NCBI GenBank assembly: GCA_965204735.1
Contig: OZ242008.1
Location: 1,888,001-1,952,000 of the forward strand
Direction of reading: 5' to 3'
Length of the DNA: 64,000 nucleotides
From: Longimicrobiales bacterium
GTDB lineage: Bacteria; Gemmatimonadota; Gemmatimonadetes; Longimicrobiales; Gaopeijiaceae
The notes under the pieces are model-generated. The model had not been told where the DNA came from, searched no databases, and saw only the letters and a program-made list of their open reading frames with translations. Below, in pieces: positions 40,653-50,616 of the stretch. Numbering within the stretch: the first letter of the stretch is position 1; each line of letters starts with the position of its first letter. Position numbers and translations under genes: made by a program.

Positions 40653-40751
40653 CACTTCCCTCCGTGCCAAGAGATCCTTGCCGAAACCAACTCGCGACCG
40701 CAGTATAGCCCCGCCTCGCTCAACAGCCAACTCCAATCGGCGACATACCAC
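39570..40751 (-). mobile_element. Complete IS630-family insertion sequence
   Basis: IRs GTGGTATGTCGCC / GGCGACATACCAC; TA duplicated within CTAG on both sides. Confidence 0.93.
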
Positions 40752-40763
40752 TAGCGGGGCAGG

Positions 40764-40874
40764 CTAGTCGGTCCTGGGAACGACAACGCCGTTCCAGACG
40801 ACCTGCAGCATCGCTTCCTCAACCTCTGGCATGCTCTCGTCGACCAGGACCCAGGACAGCGCGACTGAAGCGCC
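40764..40874 (-). pseudogene. Fragment of a VapC (PIN) toxin N-terminus
   Basis: Translates ASVALSWVLVDESMPEVEEAMLQVVWNGVVVP; shares GACCCAGGACAGCGCGAC with the fragment at 41984-42031. Confidence 0.6.
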
Positions 40875-40990
40875 TCGCCTTGACCCCAATCCCACTCCGC
40901 TACCATCGTGCCTGTCACGATCCTGGATGTCTCATCTTGACTGTCGCTAGGGTTCATCCTGATTGTCGCTCTACTACAGAGGAGGACGCC

Positions 40991-41869
40991 GTGGCGTCGC
41001 CGACCGAGAGGAATGCGTACTTGGTAGCCGCAATCGCAGACGACTTCTACGCCGACCGGTTCGACCTGTCTGCAAGAGGAATAGGCCCGGCCGGTTGGTC
41101 GGCGATGCCGGAGGTCAAGGCGGTCTACCATCTGAAGCACCATCTGAAGCGCGACGACCTGACGGTGCGGCGGTTCCTGACCTTCGTTTCGGCCATGGAT
41201 CGGGCGAGAGACTCGAACAGACTGTGGAGCGACGCGGCCAAGATGCTGGCCTTTCGGCCGGAAGCCTTCGATCCCGCGGAAACGTCGGTCATGCCACCGG
41301 ACCAGCTGCGCGAGATGCTGTCCGCCGCTCGCGTGAGCCAGCGCCACCACGACGACTCCGCTGCTTGGAGGACGATCGCTTCCAGCCTGCACGCCGGGGA
41401 AGGTGCCGTGGCGGAGCTGGTGGAGCAGGGAAAGGGAGATGCGCGCGAGCTGCTGAAGGACCTGCGCAGGGCCGGCAGCGAGGGGCGTCCCCGGTATCCG
41501 CTTCTTCGGGGCCAGAAGCTCGGTCCCCTGTGGGTTCGCGTCATGACAGCGCCCGGGGGCGCTGAAGTCGAGAACATCCACGTCGTTCCCGTCGCAGTGG
41601 ACGTCCATGTCCGCAGAGTCACGGAGAACTTGGGCGTTGCGAGCACGACCGGCTTGCCCATGTCCAGGGCCAAGCCGGTCATTCGGGCGGCTTGGAAGTC
41701 GGCGGTCGACGCGGCCTGCTTCGGCGGACCCCCGGGGATCGCCGGCACGTGCGCCGCTCTTGATCCGGCGTTGTGGGCCTTCGGCAAGTACGGGTGCGGC
41801 TGCTGCCAGAAGGCAGGCCGGCGGGTGCCGATCGGCGCGGCGTGCCAGTGGTGCCAGCTGCCGGACTAA
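40991..41869 (+). CDS. HhH-GPD DNA glycosylase-like protein, copy 2
   Basis: Close paralogue of 38621-39502 with long identical runs; GGAGGA RBS before GTG. Confidence 0.65.
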   Translation: MASPTERNAYLVAAIADDFYADRFDLSARGIGPAGWSAMPEVKAVYHLKHHLKRDDLTVRRFLTFVSAMDRARDSNRLWSDAAKMLAFRPEAFDPAETSVMPPDQLREMLSAARVSQRHHDDSAAWRTIASSLHAGEGAVAELVEQGKGDARELLKDLRRAGSEGRPRYPLLRGQKLGPLWVRVMTAPGGAEVENIHVVPVAVDVHVRRVTENLGVASTTGLPMSRAKPVIRAAWKSAVDAACFGGPPGIAGTCAALDPALWAFGKYGCGCCQKAGRRVPIGAACQWCQLPD

Positions 41870-41983
41870 GTCGGGCCGGCAGACCACAGCAGGCGAGCGA
41901 ACGACCGCGCCGGCGGTCGACGCAGGCTACTATCGACCTTGGAGATGCCGATGCCTGCCACCCACTTTGTGAGGAAATCCAGA

Positions 41984-42031
41984 CTACTCAGTGACCCAGG
42001 ACAGCGCGACCGAAGCGTCCAAGACGATCAA
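41984..42031 (-). pseudogene. Truncated VapC (PIN) toxin, 15 codons
   Basis: TTG overlapping the antitoxin stop; MIVLDASVALSWVTE then stop. Confidence 0.7.
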
Positions 42032-42273
42032 TGGCGACGTCCCTCGTGAACGGAGCGCACCAGCTCTGCGAGCGGCACCGTACGCAGACGCGCGCGCCGT
42101 GTTCGAATCCGCTCCGCGGCTCGGGAAGCCCTCCGCCTAACGTCCTCTTCCACGGGTACCAGCCGCGCGATGGGGCGTCCGTGTTTCGTAATCGTGATGC
42201 TGTCGCCCTCGGCAACCCGGCCCAGCAACTCCGAGAGGCGCGTCTTGGCTTGGTAGGCTCCGACTGTCAGCAC
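42028..42273 (-). CDS. Phd/YefM family antitoxin
   Basis: TVGAYQAKTRLSELLGRVAEGDSITITKHGRPIARLVP; AAGGAGG RBS. Confidence 0.9.
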   Translation of the reverse strand: MLTVGAYQAKTRLSELLGRVAEGDSITITKHGRPIARLVPVEEDVRRRASRAAERIRTRRARLRTVPLAELVRSVHEGRRH

Positions 42274-42527
42274 GGCTGAAGACCTCCTTCTGGCCACATT
42301 CCTGTTCGACTGGTCGTTCAGATTAGACTGCTCTGGATGGATACTCCCGGCTCGGTCAACTCGGTCAAGTCGGTCCACTTGCCCGATGCCTTCCCTCCAT
42401 CGGATCTTCGCCGCAGGGTGCGCGTCACGTTAGATTCCGCTCTGGCGAAGAAGGAGGGCGGGGCTTCTTCGATTGCCTGGTCGAGCAGGTTCGCCGGAGA
42501 AACCCGTCGATTGGGGACGCTTAGGAG

Positions 42528-43487
42528 ATGGATACGATTGCCACGCTGGTCGACCAACACTTGCCAAGCGTCGATCTTTCCGAGGTCTCCCTGAAGACCG
42601 CTTTGCCACAGGTGGCCAAGGATCCCAAGCAAGTGGCACGAGTCGCGAACGCCCTGCGGGAGATGCCGTCGCGGCATCGGATGGTACGGGGCGACGCCCG
42701 GCGCCTGTCGCAAGTCGTGAAGGGACCGGTCCACTTGGTCGTTACGTCGCCGCCGTACTGGACGCTCAAGGAGTACGAGGACGGCGCAGACCAGCTGGGT
42801 CGCGTGGCCGACTACGACGCGTTTGTGGCGGAAGTTGCCAAGGTGTGGCACGAGTGCAGCCGCTTGCTGGTGCCTGGAGGTCGTCTGGTCGTCGTCGTGG
42901 GAGACGTCTGTCTTTCCCGGCGACGGCACGGCCGACATGTCGTCTATCCGCTCCATGCGAGCATTCAGGAATCCTGTCGCCGAATGGGACTCGACAACCT
43001 GGCGCCGATCATTTGGCACAAGATCGCCAACGCGGAGTTCGAGATGGGACCCGGCGGCTTCCTCGGCAAGCCCTACGAACCGAACGCCATCGTCAAGAAC
43101 GACATCGAGTTCATTCTCATGCAGCGCAAGCCCGGAGGCTACCGCAGCCCGTCGCCCGCGGCCCGAGCCATGAGCGTCATTTCCGAAGCAGATCACCGCA
43201 AGTGGTTCCGTCAGATATGGACATTGCCGGGCGCATCGACCCGTGACCATCCCGCCCCCTATCCACTGGAACTCGCCAGCCGCCTCGTGCGGATGTTCTC
43301 GTTCGTGGGCGACACCGTTCTTGACCCGTTCCTGGGAACGGGAACGACGTCGCTGGCCGCCGCCTTGGCCGGTCGCAACAGCGTCGGCGTGGAAGTCAGC
43401 CCGGAGTATCTGGACATGGCGCGTCGCCGCTTCGTGGCAGAGGGGAACGACATCTTCGGCCTGTGGAGCCTGGAGGTCGTGGAGTAG
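42528..43487 (+). CDS. DNA methyltransferase, beta class (probably m4C)
   Basis: VTSPPY precedes HPAPYP and LDPFLGTGTT. Confidence 0.92.
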   Translation: MDTIATLVDQHLPSVDLSEVSLKTALPQVAKDPKQVARVANALREMPSRHRMVRGDARRLSQVVKGPVHLVVTSPPYWTLKEYEDGADQLGRVADYDAFVAEVAKVWHECSRLLVPGGRLVVVVGDVCLSRRRHGRHVVYPLHASIQESCRRMGLDNLAPIIWHKIANAEFEMGPGGFLGKPYEPNAIVKNDIEFILMQRKPGGYRSPSPAARAMSVISEADHRKWFRQIWTLPGASTRDHPAPYPLELASRLVRMFSFVGDTVLDPFLGTGTTSLAAALAGRNSVGVEVSPEYLDMARRRFVAEGNDIFGLWSLEVVE

Positions 43488-43588
43488 GGAAGGAGGGCCT
43501 CGATTCGCTCCCTGCGGCACTTCCTCTTGACCTGGGCTTCGGCCCGCAGCCTGTGCGCCAAGGTCCTGGAACCATACCTTCCGTTCCC

Positions 43589-46500
43589 GTGACTGCTCCC
43601 GATCTGATCCGCCGCTTGGTGCGCGAAGGCGTGGCGCGCCCGCTGGCCTCCCGCAACGGCGAAGCGTTCCCCCGCGCCACCGTCGGCGACGTCGAGGTTG
43701 CGGCTTCGGCATCGACCACCGACGCCGCCATGCGGACCGACTGGCGCGCGCTGTCCGCAGGCGTCGCCCGGCGCTGCCTGCTGCTGGCCGACGACCCCAA
43801 GCGCCCCGGCCGCCTCCGCGTCCTGGGCCCGGTCACCCACCAAGGCCCGGTGCGCTCCGTGGACACCGGCCACCTGGCCAAGTCGCTCGAGTCGCTGGCG
43901 GAGCTGTCGCCCCTGGAGGCCGTGCGCCGGCTGACGGCGGAGCTGAACCGCGCCGCAGGCGACGGGCTGGCCCTCAACGGCCTCCTCACCCGCCACACCC
44001 TGGAATCCCGCTTCAGGGGCGATCCCGCTCGCTGGAGCGCCGCCCGCCGCGCGGTGGCCGACCTCCCGCCGGCGCCGAGTTCGTGGCGTCGGACCCTTTC
44101 AGCGCTGGGCTACCGACTGGACCGCCTGCCGCGACGGGGCTACTTGGCCGTCCACGAAGGCCGGCCGGTGGCGGTGGTGCATCCCAAGAAGACGGCGAGC
44201 GCGCTGGCGCGGCTGGACAGCGACGGCCGTCCGCCCGAGGGACTGCTGGCGGCGGACTGCAAGGAACGGGGCGCCCGCTACGGCATTCTCACGTTCGGCG
44301 GCTGCTTCCGCCTGTTCGACACGGAGTCCCCCGGTGGCACCCGCCACTGGCTCGAACTGGACGACGACCTGCTGGGCGACGACCGGCGCGGCTTCCTGGC
44401 GTTGCTGGCGCCCGCGTCCCTGGCCGGCAACGGCTTCGCCGATCTGCAACAGGAGGCGATCAAATTCGGCGTCCGGCTCCACGCCCGCCTGGACCGCACG
44501 ATCCGCCAAGAGGCTCTCCCCGCGCTGGCCGTCGACATGGAGCGATGGGCCAAGGAGCACGGCCTAGACCTTGCACGACGACGCGAGCGCGACGAGCTGG
44601 AGAAGGCCGCCATGACGCTGGTCTTCCGCGCTGTCTTCATCCTCTTTGCGGAGGCGGCGGGCCATCTGCCGATGAACAACGAGTCCTACAAGAAGGCGTC
44701 CCTGTCGGAGCTCGTGAACGAGGCCCACCGGACCAAGGGCAAGCTGAGCCCGGCGTCGTCCGCGCTGTGGGACGGGTTCGTGCGGCTGGTCAAGGCGATG
44801 CGCTCCGGCAATCCCGCCTGGGACGTGCCCGCCTACAACGGCGCGCTCTTCGCGGCCAAGGACTTCGCGGGCGCCGAGCTGCTGGAGCGGATGGAGCTGC
44901 GCGACCCCGAGTTCGGGCGCGTACTGGCGGCCGTCGGCCACGACGCCGAGCAGGGGAGCGGCGTGGACTTCTCGACGCTGGAGATCGCCCACATCGGCCA
45001 CACCTACGAGTCCCTGCTGGGCCTGCGCCTGTCGCTGGCCGACCGCCCGCTCCGCTACGACGCCAAGAGGGACCGCTACGTGAGCGCGCCGTCGCCGGGC
45101 GCGGCCGAAGTGACTCCGGGCGGCTTGCTGTGGCAGACCCACGCGGGCGGTCGCAAGGGTGAAGGCGTCTACTACACGCCGGTCGAGATCGTGCGCCACT
45201 TGGTGAAGGGGGCCGTGGAGCCGCCGTTCAAGAAGCACTTGGCGCAAGTGGCGGACCAGGCGAAGACGGACCCGGAGGCGGCGGCCAAGCTGCTGCTGTC
45301 GTTCGCGGTCGTGGATCCGGCGTGCGGCAGCGCGCACTTCCTTGTGCAGGTCGCGGACGCCCTGGCCGAGATGACCGTGCGCTTCCTGGCCGAGCACCCC
45401 CTGCCGCCGTTGCTGGATGCGCTGGAACGACTGCGCAGCCGCGCGTCCCCCGGCGTGGCGTGCGAAGACGCGGCCCTGCTCCGCCGTCTGATCGTCAAGC
45501 ACTGCGTCTTCGGCGTGGACCGGAGCGCGATGGGCGTCGAGGTGGCGGCGCTGTCGCTGTGGCTGGCGTCGTTCGTGCCCGGCCTGTCGCTGGCGTACTT
45601 GGGACGGAACGTGGTGGTGGGCGACGCCTTGATCGGCGTGGGTGACCCGAAGCCGCTGCTGGACGAAGCCCCGCTCTTCCGGGAGCCGTTGCGGCAAGCG
45701 CTGAACGAGGCCGCGGCGGCGGTGCACAAGTTGGCCGAGATCGACGACCGCACGCCCGAAGAGGTCGCGGCCAGCCAAGCGGCGGACCAAGAGGCGTGGG
45801 ACGCCACCGAGGGGATGAAGCGGCTCTTCGACCTGTGGACGGCGGAGCAGTTTGGACTGGCCGGCGCGCGCGAAGACGTGGCGACCAACGGCGCGGCCGT
45901 GATCTCGGGCGACCGCCGGACCGCGCTCGTGCGCAAGGCCCGCGATCTGGCCGACCGGCATTGCTTCCTCCACTGGCCGCTGGCGTTCCCGCAGGTGTTC
46001 TCGCGGTCGTCGCCGGGGTTCGACGTGGTGGTCGGCAACCCGCCCTGGGAGGAAGTGACGGTCGAGGAGCTGTCGTTCTACGGGCTGCACCGGCCCGGGA
46101 TCGCGGCCTTGGCCGAGAAGGAGCGGCGGGAGTGCGTGGGGGAGCTGGTGCGGGAGCGGCCGGAGTTGGAGAAGAGGCTGGAGGCTCGGCAAGCGCAGGC
46201 TCGCAACTATCGGCAAGCCCTGGCGGGACCGGACCCGGAGCGCAGCGACTACGATCCAATGGGCGGCGACCCCGACTTGTACAAGTACTTCTGCCAGCGC
46301 TACCGGATGCTGGTGCGCGAGCGCGGGTTCGCCGGCGTGGTGCTGCCGAGGACCGCGTTCGTGGCCAAGGGCTCCAAGGAGTTCCGCAAGTGGCTCTATC
46401 GAGGATCGACGACGCGCCGGGTGGACTTCCTGCTGAACCGGGGACGGTGGGCGTTCGACACGCACCCGCAATACTCAATCGCATTGGTCGTTGCCCAGCG

Positions 46501-47491
46501 CGGGCTGCCGGCGGCGGACCACTTGGTGTCGGTGGCCGGCACCGCTGAATCCAAGCGCATGTGGGCCGAGCAGGCGGCCAGCCCCGGCGTCGGCTTGGCC
46601 CCGTCCACCTTCGGGCCGGAATGGGAGACGCCGCTGGTCCGCTCCCAGGCCGAGGCCGATCTGCTGGCCCGCGTCCGCACAGGCAGCCTCTTCCCTCGCG
46701 GCGCCGACGGGCGCTGGTCCTGCTTCCCTGTCCCCGAACTGCACGAGACCAACGACAAGAAGCTGTGGGCCCGGGACGGCGACGCCCGTCTCTGGAAGGG
46801 CGAGAGCTTCGGCCAGTACGATCCGCACGGGTACGGCGAGCGGTCCCTGCCTCCGACCGACGCGCTCTGGGCCAAAGTGCGAAAGCCCAGGCCCGGCTCG
46901 GGTTCGTTGCTCGCGCCGGACCTGCCCGTGGCCGAACGCAGGCAGTCGGTCTTGGCTGACATCTGCCGCGACAGATTGTGCTTTCGAGATGTCACGAACC
47001 GCACGAATTCGCGCACCGTGATCGCCTGTTTGGTCCCGAAAGGCGTCTTCTTGACAAATACTGCCCCTTATTTGTCATTTCCGACCGGAGAACGGCTGGC
47101 GCGGGCCGCTTGCCTGGGCATCATGAACAGCCTGCCCTTCGACTGGCAGGCCCGCCGCTTCATCGAACTCCACGTCAGCTTCTTCCTGCTGGAGGGCCTT
47201 TACGTGCCTTCCCTGACCGACGACGACTACGCCCAGATCGCCCGAGCCGCCGCCCGTCTGTCCGCCGTGGACGACCACTTCGCCGACTTCGCCCGCGAGA
47301 CCGGCGTGGAGTGCGGCCCGCTGCTGGACGCCGACCGCATGGAGCTGCGCCTGGAGATCGACGCTCGGGTGGCCCGGGCCTGGGGTCTCGGCCCAGACGA
47401 CCTGGGGGTGATCTACGAGGACTTCACGCACAACGCGCTGCCGCCGGCGTACCGAATGGGATTGAGTCGGTGGCTCAAGGCCCTGGTCTGA
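43589..47491 (+). CDS. Large type IIG / Eco57I-like adenine methyltransferase (DrmMI/PglX-like architecture)
   Basis: YNGALF; IGHTYESLL; GVYYTP; DPACGSAHFL; FDVVVGNPPW; DLYKYF; C-terminal TRD (FRDVTNRTNSRT); start inferred. Confidence 0.88.
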   Translation: MTAPDLIRRLVREGVARPLASRNGEAFPRATVGDVEVAASASTTDAAMRTDWRALSAGVARRCLLLADDPKRPGRLRVLGPVTHQGPVRSVDTGHLAKSLESLAELSPLEAVRRLTAELNRAAGDGLALNGLLTRHTLESRFRGDPARWSAARRAVADLPPAPSSWRRTLSALGYRLDRLPRRGYLAVHEGRPVAVVHPKKTASALARLDSDGRPPEGLLAADCKERGARYGILTFGGCFRLFDTESPGGTRHWLELDDDLLGDDRRGFLALLAPASLAGNGFADLQQEAIKFGVRLHARLDRTIRQEALPALAVDMERWAKEHGLDLARRRERDELEKAAMTLVFRAVFILFAEAAGHLPMNNESYKKASLSELVNEAHRTKGKLSPASSALWDGFVRLVKAMRSGNPAWDVPAYNGALFAAKDFAGAELLERMELRDPEFGRVLAAVGHDAEQGSGVDFSTLEIAHIGHTYESLLGLRLSLADRPLRYDAKRDRYVSAPSPGAAEVTPGGLLWQTHAGGRKGEGVYYTPVEIVRHLVKGAVEPPFKKHLAQVADQAKTDPEAAAKLLLSFAVVDPACGSAHFLVQVADALAEMTVRFLAEHPLPPLLDALERLRSRASPGVACEDAALLRRLIVKHCVFGVDRSAMGVEVAALSLWLASFVPGLSLAYLGRNVVVGDALIGVGDPKPLLDEAPLFREPLRQALNEAAAAVHKLAEIDDRTPEEVAASQAADQEAWDATEGMKRLFDLWTAEQFGLAGAREDVATNGAAVISGDRRTALVRKARDLADRHCFLHWPLAFPQVFSRSSPGFDVVVGNPPWEEVTVEELSFYGLHRPGIAALAEKERRECVGELVRERPELEKRLEARQAQARNYRQALAGPDPERSDYDPMGGDPDLYKYFCQRYRMLVRERGFAGVVLPRTAFVAKGSKEFRKWLYRGSTTRRVDFLLNRGRWAFDTHPQYSIALVVAQRGLPAADHLVSVAGTAESKRMWAEQAASPGVGLAPSTFGPEWETPLVRSQAEADLLARVRTGSLFPRGADGRWSCFPVPELHETNDKKLWARDGDARLWKGESFGQYDPHGYGERSLPPTDALWAKVRKPRPGSGSLLAPDLPVAERRQSVLADICRDRLCFRDVTNRTNSRTVIACLVPKGVFLTNTAPYLSFPTGERLARAACLGIMNSLPFDWQARRFIELHVSFFLLEGLYVPSLTDDDYAQIARAAARLSAVDDHFADFARETGVECGPLLDADRMELRLEIDARVARAWGLGPDDLGVIYEDFTHNALPPAYRMGLSRWLKALV

Positions 47492-47583
47492 TGAAGTTGC
47501 CTGTCGACAAGAACGCCGAAGCTCTGTACCTCGACGACTCGACCATCGCCGAGTCGGAGGAAGTCTCGCCGGGTGTCGTAATC
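47491..47583 (+). pseudogene. Truncated DUF2283-like small protein
   Basis: MKLPVDKNAEALYLDDSTIAESEEVSPGVVI, after which similarity is lost. Confidence 0.6.
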
Positions 47584-47682
47584 GAGACCGCATGTGATTG
47601 CCGAACAAACACCGAACAGTTACCTTTCGGGCTCCGGGCCGCCGAGCCAGCCTCCGCTGACCCTCCGCCCTAGGAGCCGTCC

Positions 47683-48555
47683 TTGCCCGAACGCACCGCC
47701 ATCGAGTGGACCGACGCCACCTGGAACCCCACCACAGGATGCACCCCCGTCTCGGCCGGCTGCGACCACTGCTACGCCGAGCGCCTGTCGAACCGACTGC
47801 TGGCGACCACCTACCGCGCCCGGCTACCCGTGGTCAACACGGCGGCGAACCGACGTAACCCCTTCGCCGTGCGCCTCTGGCCCGACCGTCTGTCAGTCCC
47901 AGGGTCGTGGCGACGGCCCCGCCGCGTCTTCGTCAACTCCATGTCGGATCTCTTCCACAAGGAGGTCCCGGACGAGTTCGTCCGTCGCTGCTTCCAGGTG
48001 ATGCTCGACATCGGCCGTCACGTCTACCAGATCCTGACTAAGCGTCCAGCCAGGGCCGCCAAGTTCGTTCGACGGAACCCCGACCTGTTCCCGGCCGGGC
48101 TCCCGTCCCAAATCTGGATTGGCACGTCCGTTGAGGACCAGTCGGTGGCCTACCGGGTGCGGCACCTCCTGGCCGTCCGGGCCGCCGTGCGCTTTCTGAG
48201 TTGCGAGCCCCTGATCGGGCCGCTAGACCTGTCCGGCTTCCTGCGCGGCCGCGACACTGCCCGTCGCGATGCCCCCATCAATGGTGGCCCCTCCGCTCTC
48301 GGTGCCGAGGACGCCTCTCCAAGGCTCCACTGGGTGATCGTCGGCGGCGAGAGTGGCCCCAATGCTCGCCAGATGGCCCCCGAGTGGCCGCGCACCGTCC
48401 GGGACGATTGTGCCGCTAGCGGCGTGCCGTTCTTCTTCAAGCAGTGGGGCGGCCGAACACCGAAGGCGGGTGGACGGGAATTGGACGGTACGACCTGGGA
48501 TGATTTTCCGAAAACCGGCGAAATCCGCCAACCACTGACACGCAAAGGAGACTGA
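47683..48555 (+). CDS. DUF5131 (phage Gp37/Gp68-like) protein with Cx6Cx2C motif
   Basis: [60 protein letters not shown]. Confidence 0.92.
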   Translation: MPERTAIEWTDATWNPTTGCTPVSAGCDHCYAERLSNRLLATTYRARLPVVNTAANRRNPFAVRLWPDRLSVPGSWRRPRRVFVNSMSDLFHKEVPDEFVRRCFQVMLDIGRHVYQILTKRPARAAKFVRRNPDLFPAGLPSQIWIGTSVEDQSVAYRVRHLLAVRAAVRFLSCEPLIGPLDLSGFLRGRDTARRDAPINGGPSALGAEDASPRLHWVIVGGESGPNARQMAPEWPRTVRDDCAASGVPFFFKQWGGRTPKAGGRELDGTTWDDFPKTGEIRQPLTRKGD

Positions 48556-48558
48556 GCC

Positions 48559-49395
48559 ATGGGCAGATTTGGCGGCGACTGGACGAAAGATAAGCTCGAC
48601 ATGGTGGAACGGTACCTCAATGCATACACCACCGCCCTCAAGAAAAAGGACTACTTCCGACTGATGTACATTGATGCCTTCGCTGGTTCCGGGATCATCA
48701 ATCTTAAAAAAAGCGATAAAGAGGAAAGACAGTTCCTAGAGGGATCAGCCATAAGGGCCAAGCGCGTGGTCGACAGACCCTTTGACGAGATACTGCTTGT
48801 CGAAAAAGATGTACACGAATGCACGAAGCTGGCAGAGCGAATGAACGCGGACGAAGACGAACGAATTAAGATATTGAACGAAGATGCCAACTGCTTTCTG
48901 CAGAGTATTTCCCGTAACTGGCAAACACACAGGGGCGTTCTTTTTATCGATCCGTTCGCTACGGAGGTAGAATGGCTCACAATCGAAAGAGTCGCAAGCT
49001 CCGAAGCTCTTGACACCTGGATACTGTTTCCTACCATGGCAGTCATGCGCATGCTGACTCGGAAGGGACTGCCCGAAAAACATGGACCTATCCTGACGCG
49101 GATCTATGGAGACGAGAGCTGGCAAAACCTGTACGGACCCAGCCCTCAATATAGCCTGTTTGGTGGACTGGACGCCCAAGACGAGAGAAAAAGGGGCACA
49201 ACGGCACTTCTTCAGACATACAAGAATCGTTTGCGAGAGCTGTACGGTAATCGATTTATGGAAGACACAGCAACTCTCCGCACGCGAACCAACACGCCAC
49301 TGTTCGAGTTGATCTTTTGCGTTGGGAGTCCGCGGGCAATCCCTGCTGCAAAGCGAATCGCGGGCCACATTGTCAAAAGTGGTGGGCGTCAGTGA
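48559..49395 (+). CDS. tcmP: Three-Cys-motif partner protein (SAM-binding MTase-like fold)
   Basis: FGGDWTKDKL..YL; YIDAFAGSG; FIDPF; directly after DUF5131; markedly lower GC. Confidence 0.85.
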   Translation: MGRFGGDWTKDKLDMVERYLNAYTTALKKKDYFRLMYIDAFAGSGIINLKKSDKEERQFLEGSAIRAKRVVDRPFDEILLVEKDVHECTKLAERMNADEDERIKILNEDANCFLQSISRNWQTHRGVLFIDPFATEVEWLTIERVASSEALDTWILFPTMAVMRMLTRKGLPEKHGPILTRIYGDESWQNLYGPSPQYSLFGGLDAQDERKRGTTALLQTYKNRLRELYGNRFMEDTATLRTRTNTPLFELIFCVGSPRAIPAAKRIAGHIVKSGGRQ

Positions 49396-49611
49396 GTAGG
49401 CAGCTGGCACGGCAACTCGGTTCACGCGCCTCTCTAGTAGTAGCACTACTAGCTGGGCCACACGCCGGAAGGCGGCACTGATCTTGCTCTTCACGTCCAG
49501 AACGCCAGATTACTTACGAGGCACCCGCGACGCCGCGTCAGACGCCGCCGTGGACTACGGGCGGTGCTGGCTTGATGGATGCGACACACGCCAGGAAGGA
49601 GCGCCGGCGAC

Positions 49612-50616
49612 ATGAGCAGGCTGGAAACAAAGATCAGCACCCGCACAACGGCCCCGCATCCGTTCCCCTACCAGGGGAGCAAGCGGGGGATCGCCAAGTT
49701 CATCCTGCCCTACTTTCCGCCGGGCATCGATCGGGTGGTGGAGCCCTGCTGCGGCTCGGCCGCCGTGTCGATCGCCGCCGCGACCCATGGGTTGGCAAGG
49801 CGCTTTTGGATCAACGACCTGAACGCACCTCTGATGGCCCTTTGGATGGAGATTGTGGAGAGGCCCGAACAACTCGTTGCCGACTACGCTCGCCTGTGGC
49901 GCGACCAGCAGCCTCACATGAAGGAATTTTTCTTCGGCGTGCGCAGGGAGTTCAACGAGTCACATCAGCCGAGCCATCTTCTCTATCTGCTGGCCCGAAT
50001 CGTGAAGGGGTCCGTCCGATATAACGCCGACGGAGCCTTCAACCAGAGTCCCGACAACCGCCGAGCCGGAATGAGGCCTTCGGTCATGAGACGGCAGATG
50101 CTCGGCGTACACCGGCTGCTGACAGGCCGGACATCGTTGTCGTCGATGGACTATCGACGAATAGCACTGAAATCCACGCCGGGCGATCTCGTGTATTTCG
50201 ATCCGCCGTACCAAGGCACTTCGCAAGCGCGGGACAGACGGTATTGCGATGGCGTCGACTACGACGAGTTCGTCCGTACACTACGCACAATGAACGAGCT
50301 GGGGTTGTCCTACGTCGTCAGCTACGACGGTAGGACTGGCGACAAGGCGCATGGCAAGCTGTTGCCTCGTAGCCTTCAGCTGCATCACATCTGCATCCCC
50401 GCTGGGAGGTCGACTCAAGCGACGTTGCTGGGTCAAGCCCGCCAAACCGTCGAGTCCCTGTATCTGTCGCCGACGCTGGTACGGCGGCTTGAGAATCCTG
50501 AACCATGTGCCAAGGCAGTGGCTCATTCCGTCCACCCAGCACGACACCGAAAGCCGCATTCAGTTTCCTGCGCAATGGCCCGTATGACCCCGCAACTCGG
50601 CCAATCGCCCACATGA
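49612..50616 (+). CDS. Dam-family (D12 class) DNA adenine methyltransferase
   Basis: PFPYQGSKR; EPCCGSAA (variant motif I); INDLN; RYNADGAFN; YFDPPY. Confidence 0.85.
   Translation: MSRLETKISTRTTAPHPFPYQGSKRGIAKFILPYFPPGIDRVVEPCCGSAAVSIAAATHGLARRFWINDLNAPLMALWMEIVERPEQLVADYARLWRDQQPHMKEFFFGVRREFNESHQPSHLLYLLARIVKGSVRYNADGAFNQSPDNRRAGMRPSVMRRQMLGVHRLLTGRTSLSSMDYRRIALKSTPGDLVYFDPPYQGTSQARDRRYCDGVDYDEFVRTLRTMNELGLSYVVSYDGRTGDKAHGKLLPRSLQLHHICIPAGRSTQATLLGQARQTVESLYLSPTLVRRLENPEPCAKAVAHSVHPARHRKPHSVSCAMARMTPQLGQSPT

Noticed and set aside
39563..40767. Longer target duplication CAGGCTAG around IS630
   Set aside because: The second copy is offset from the right end; TA within CTAG fully explains the insertion
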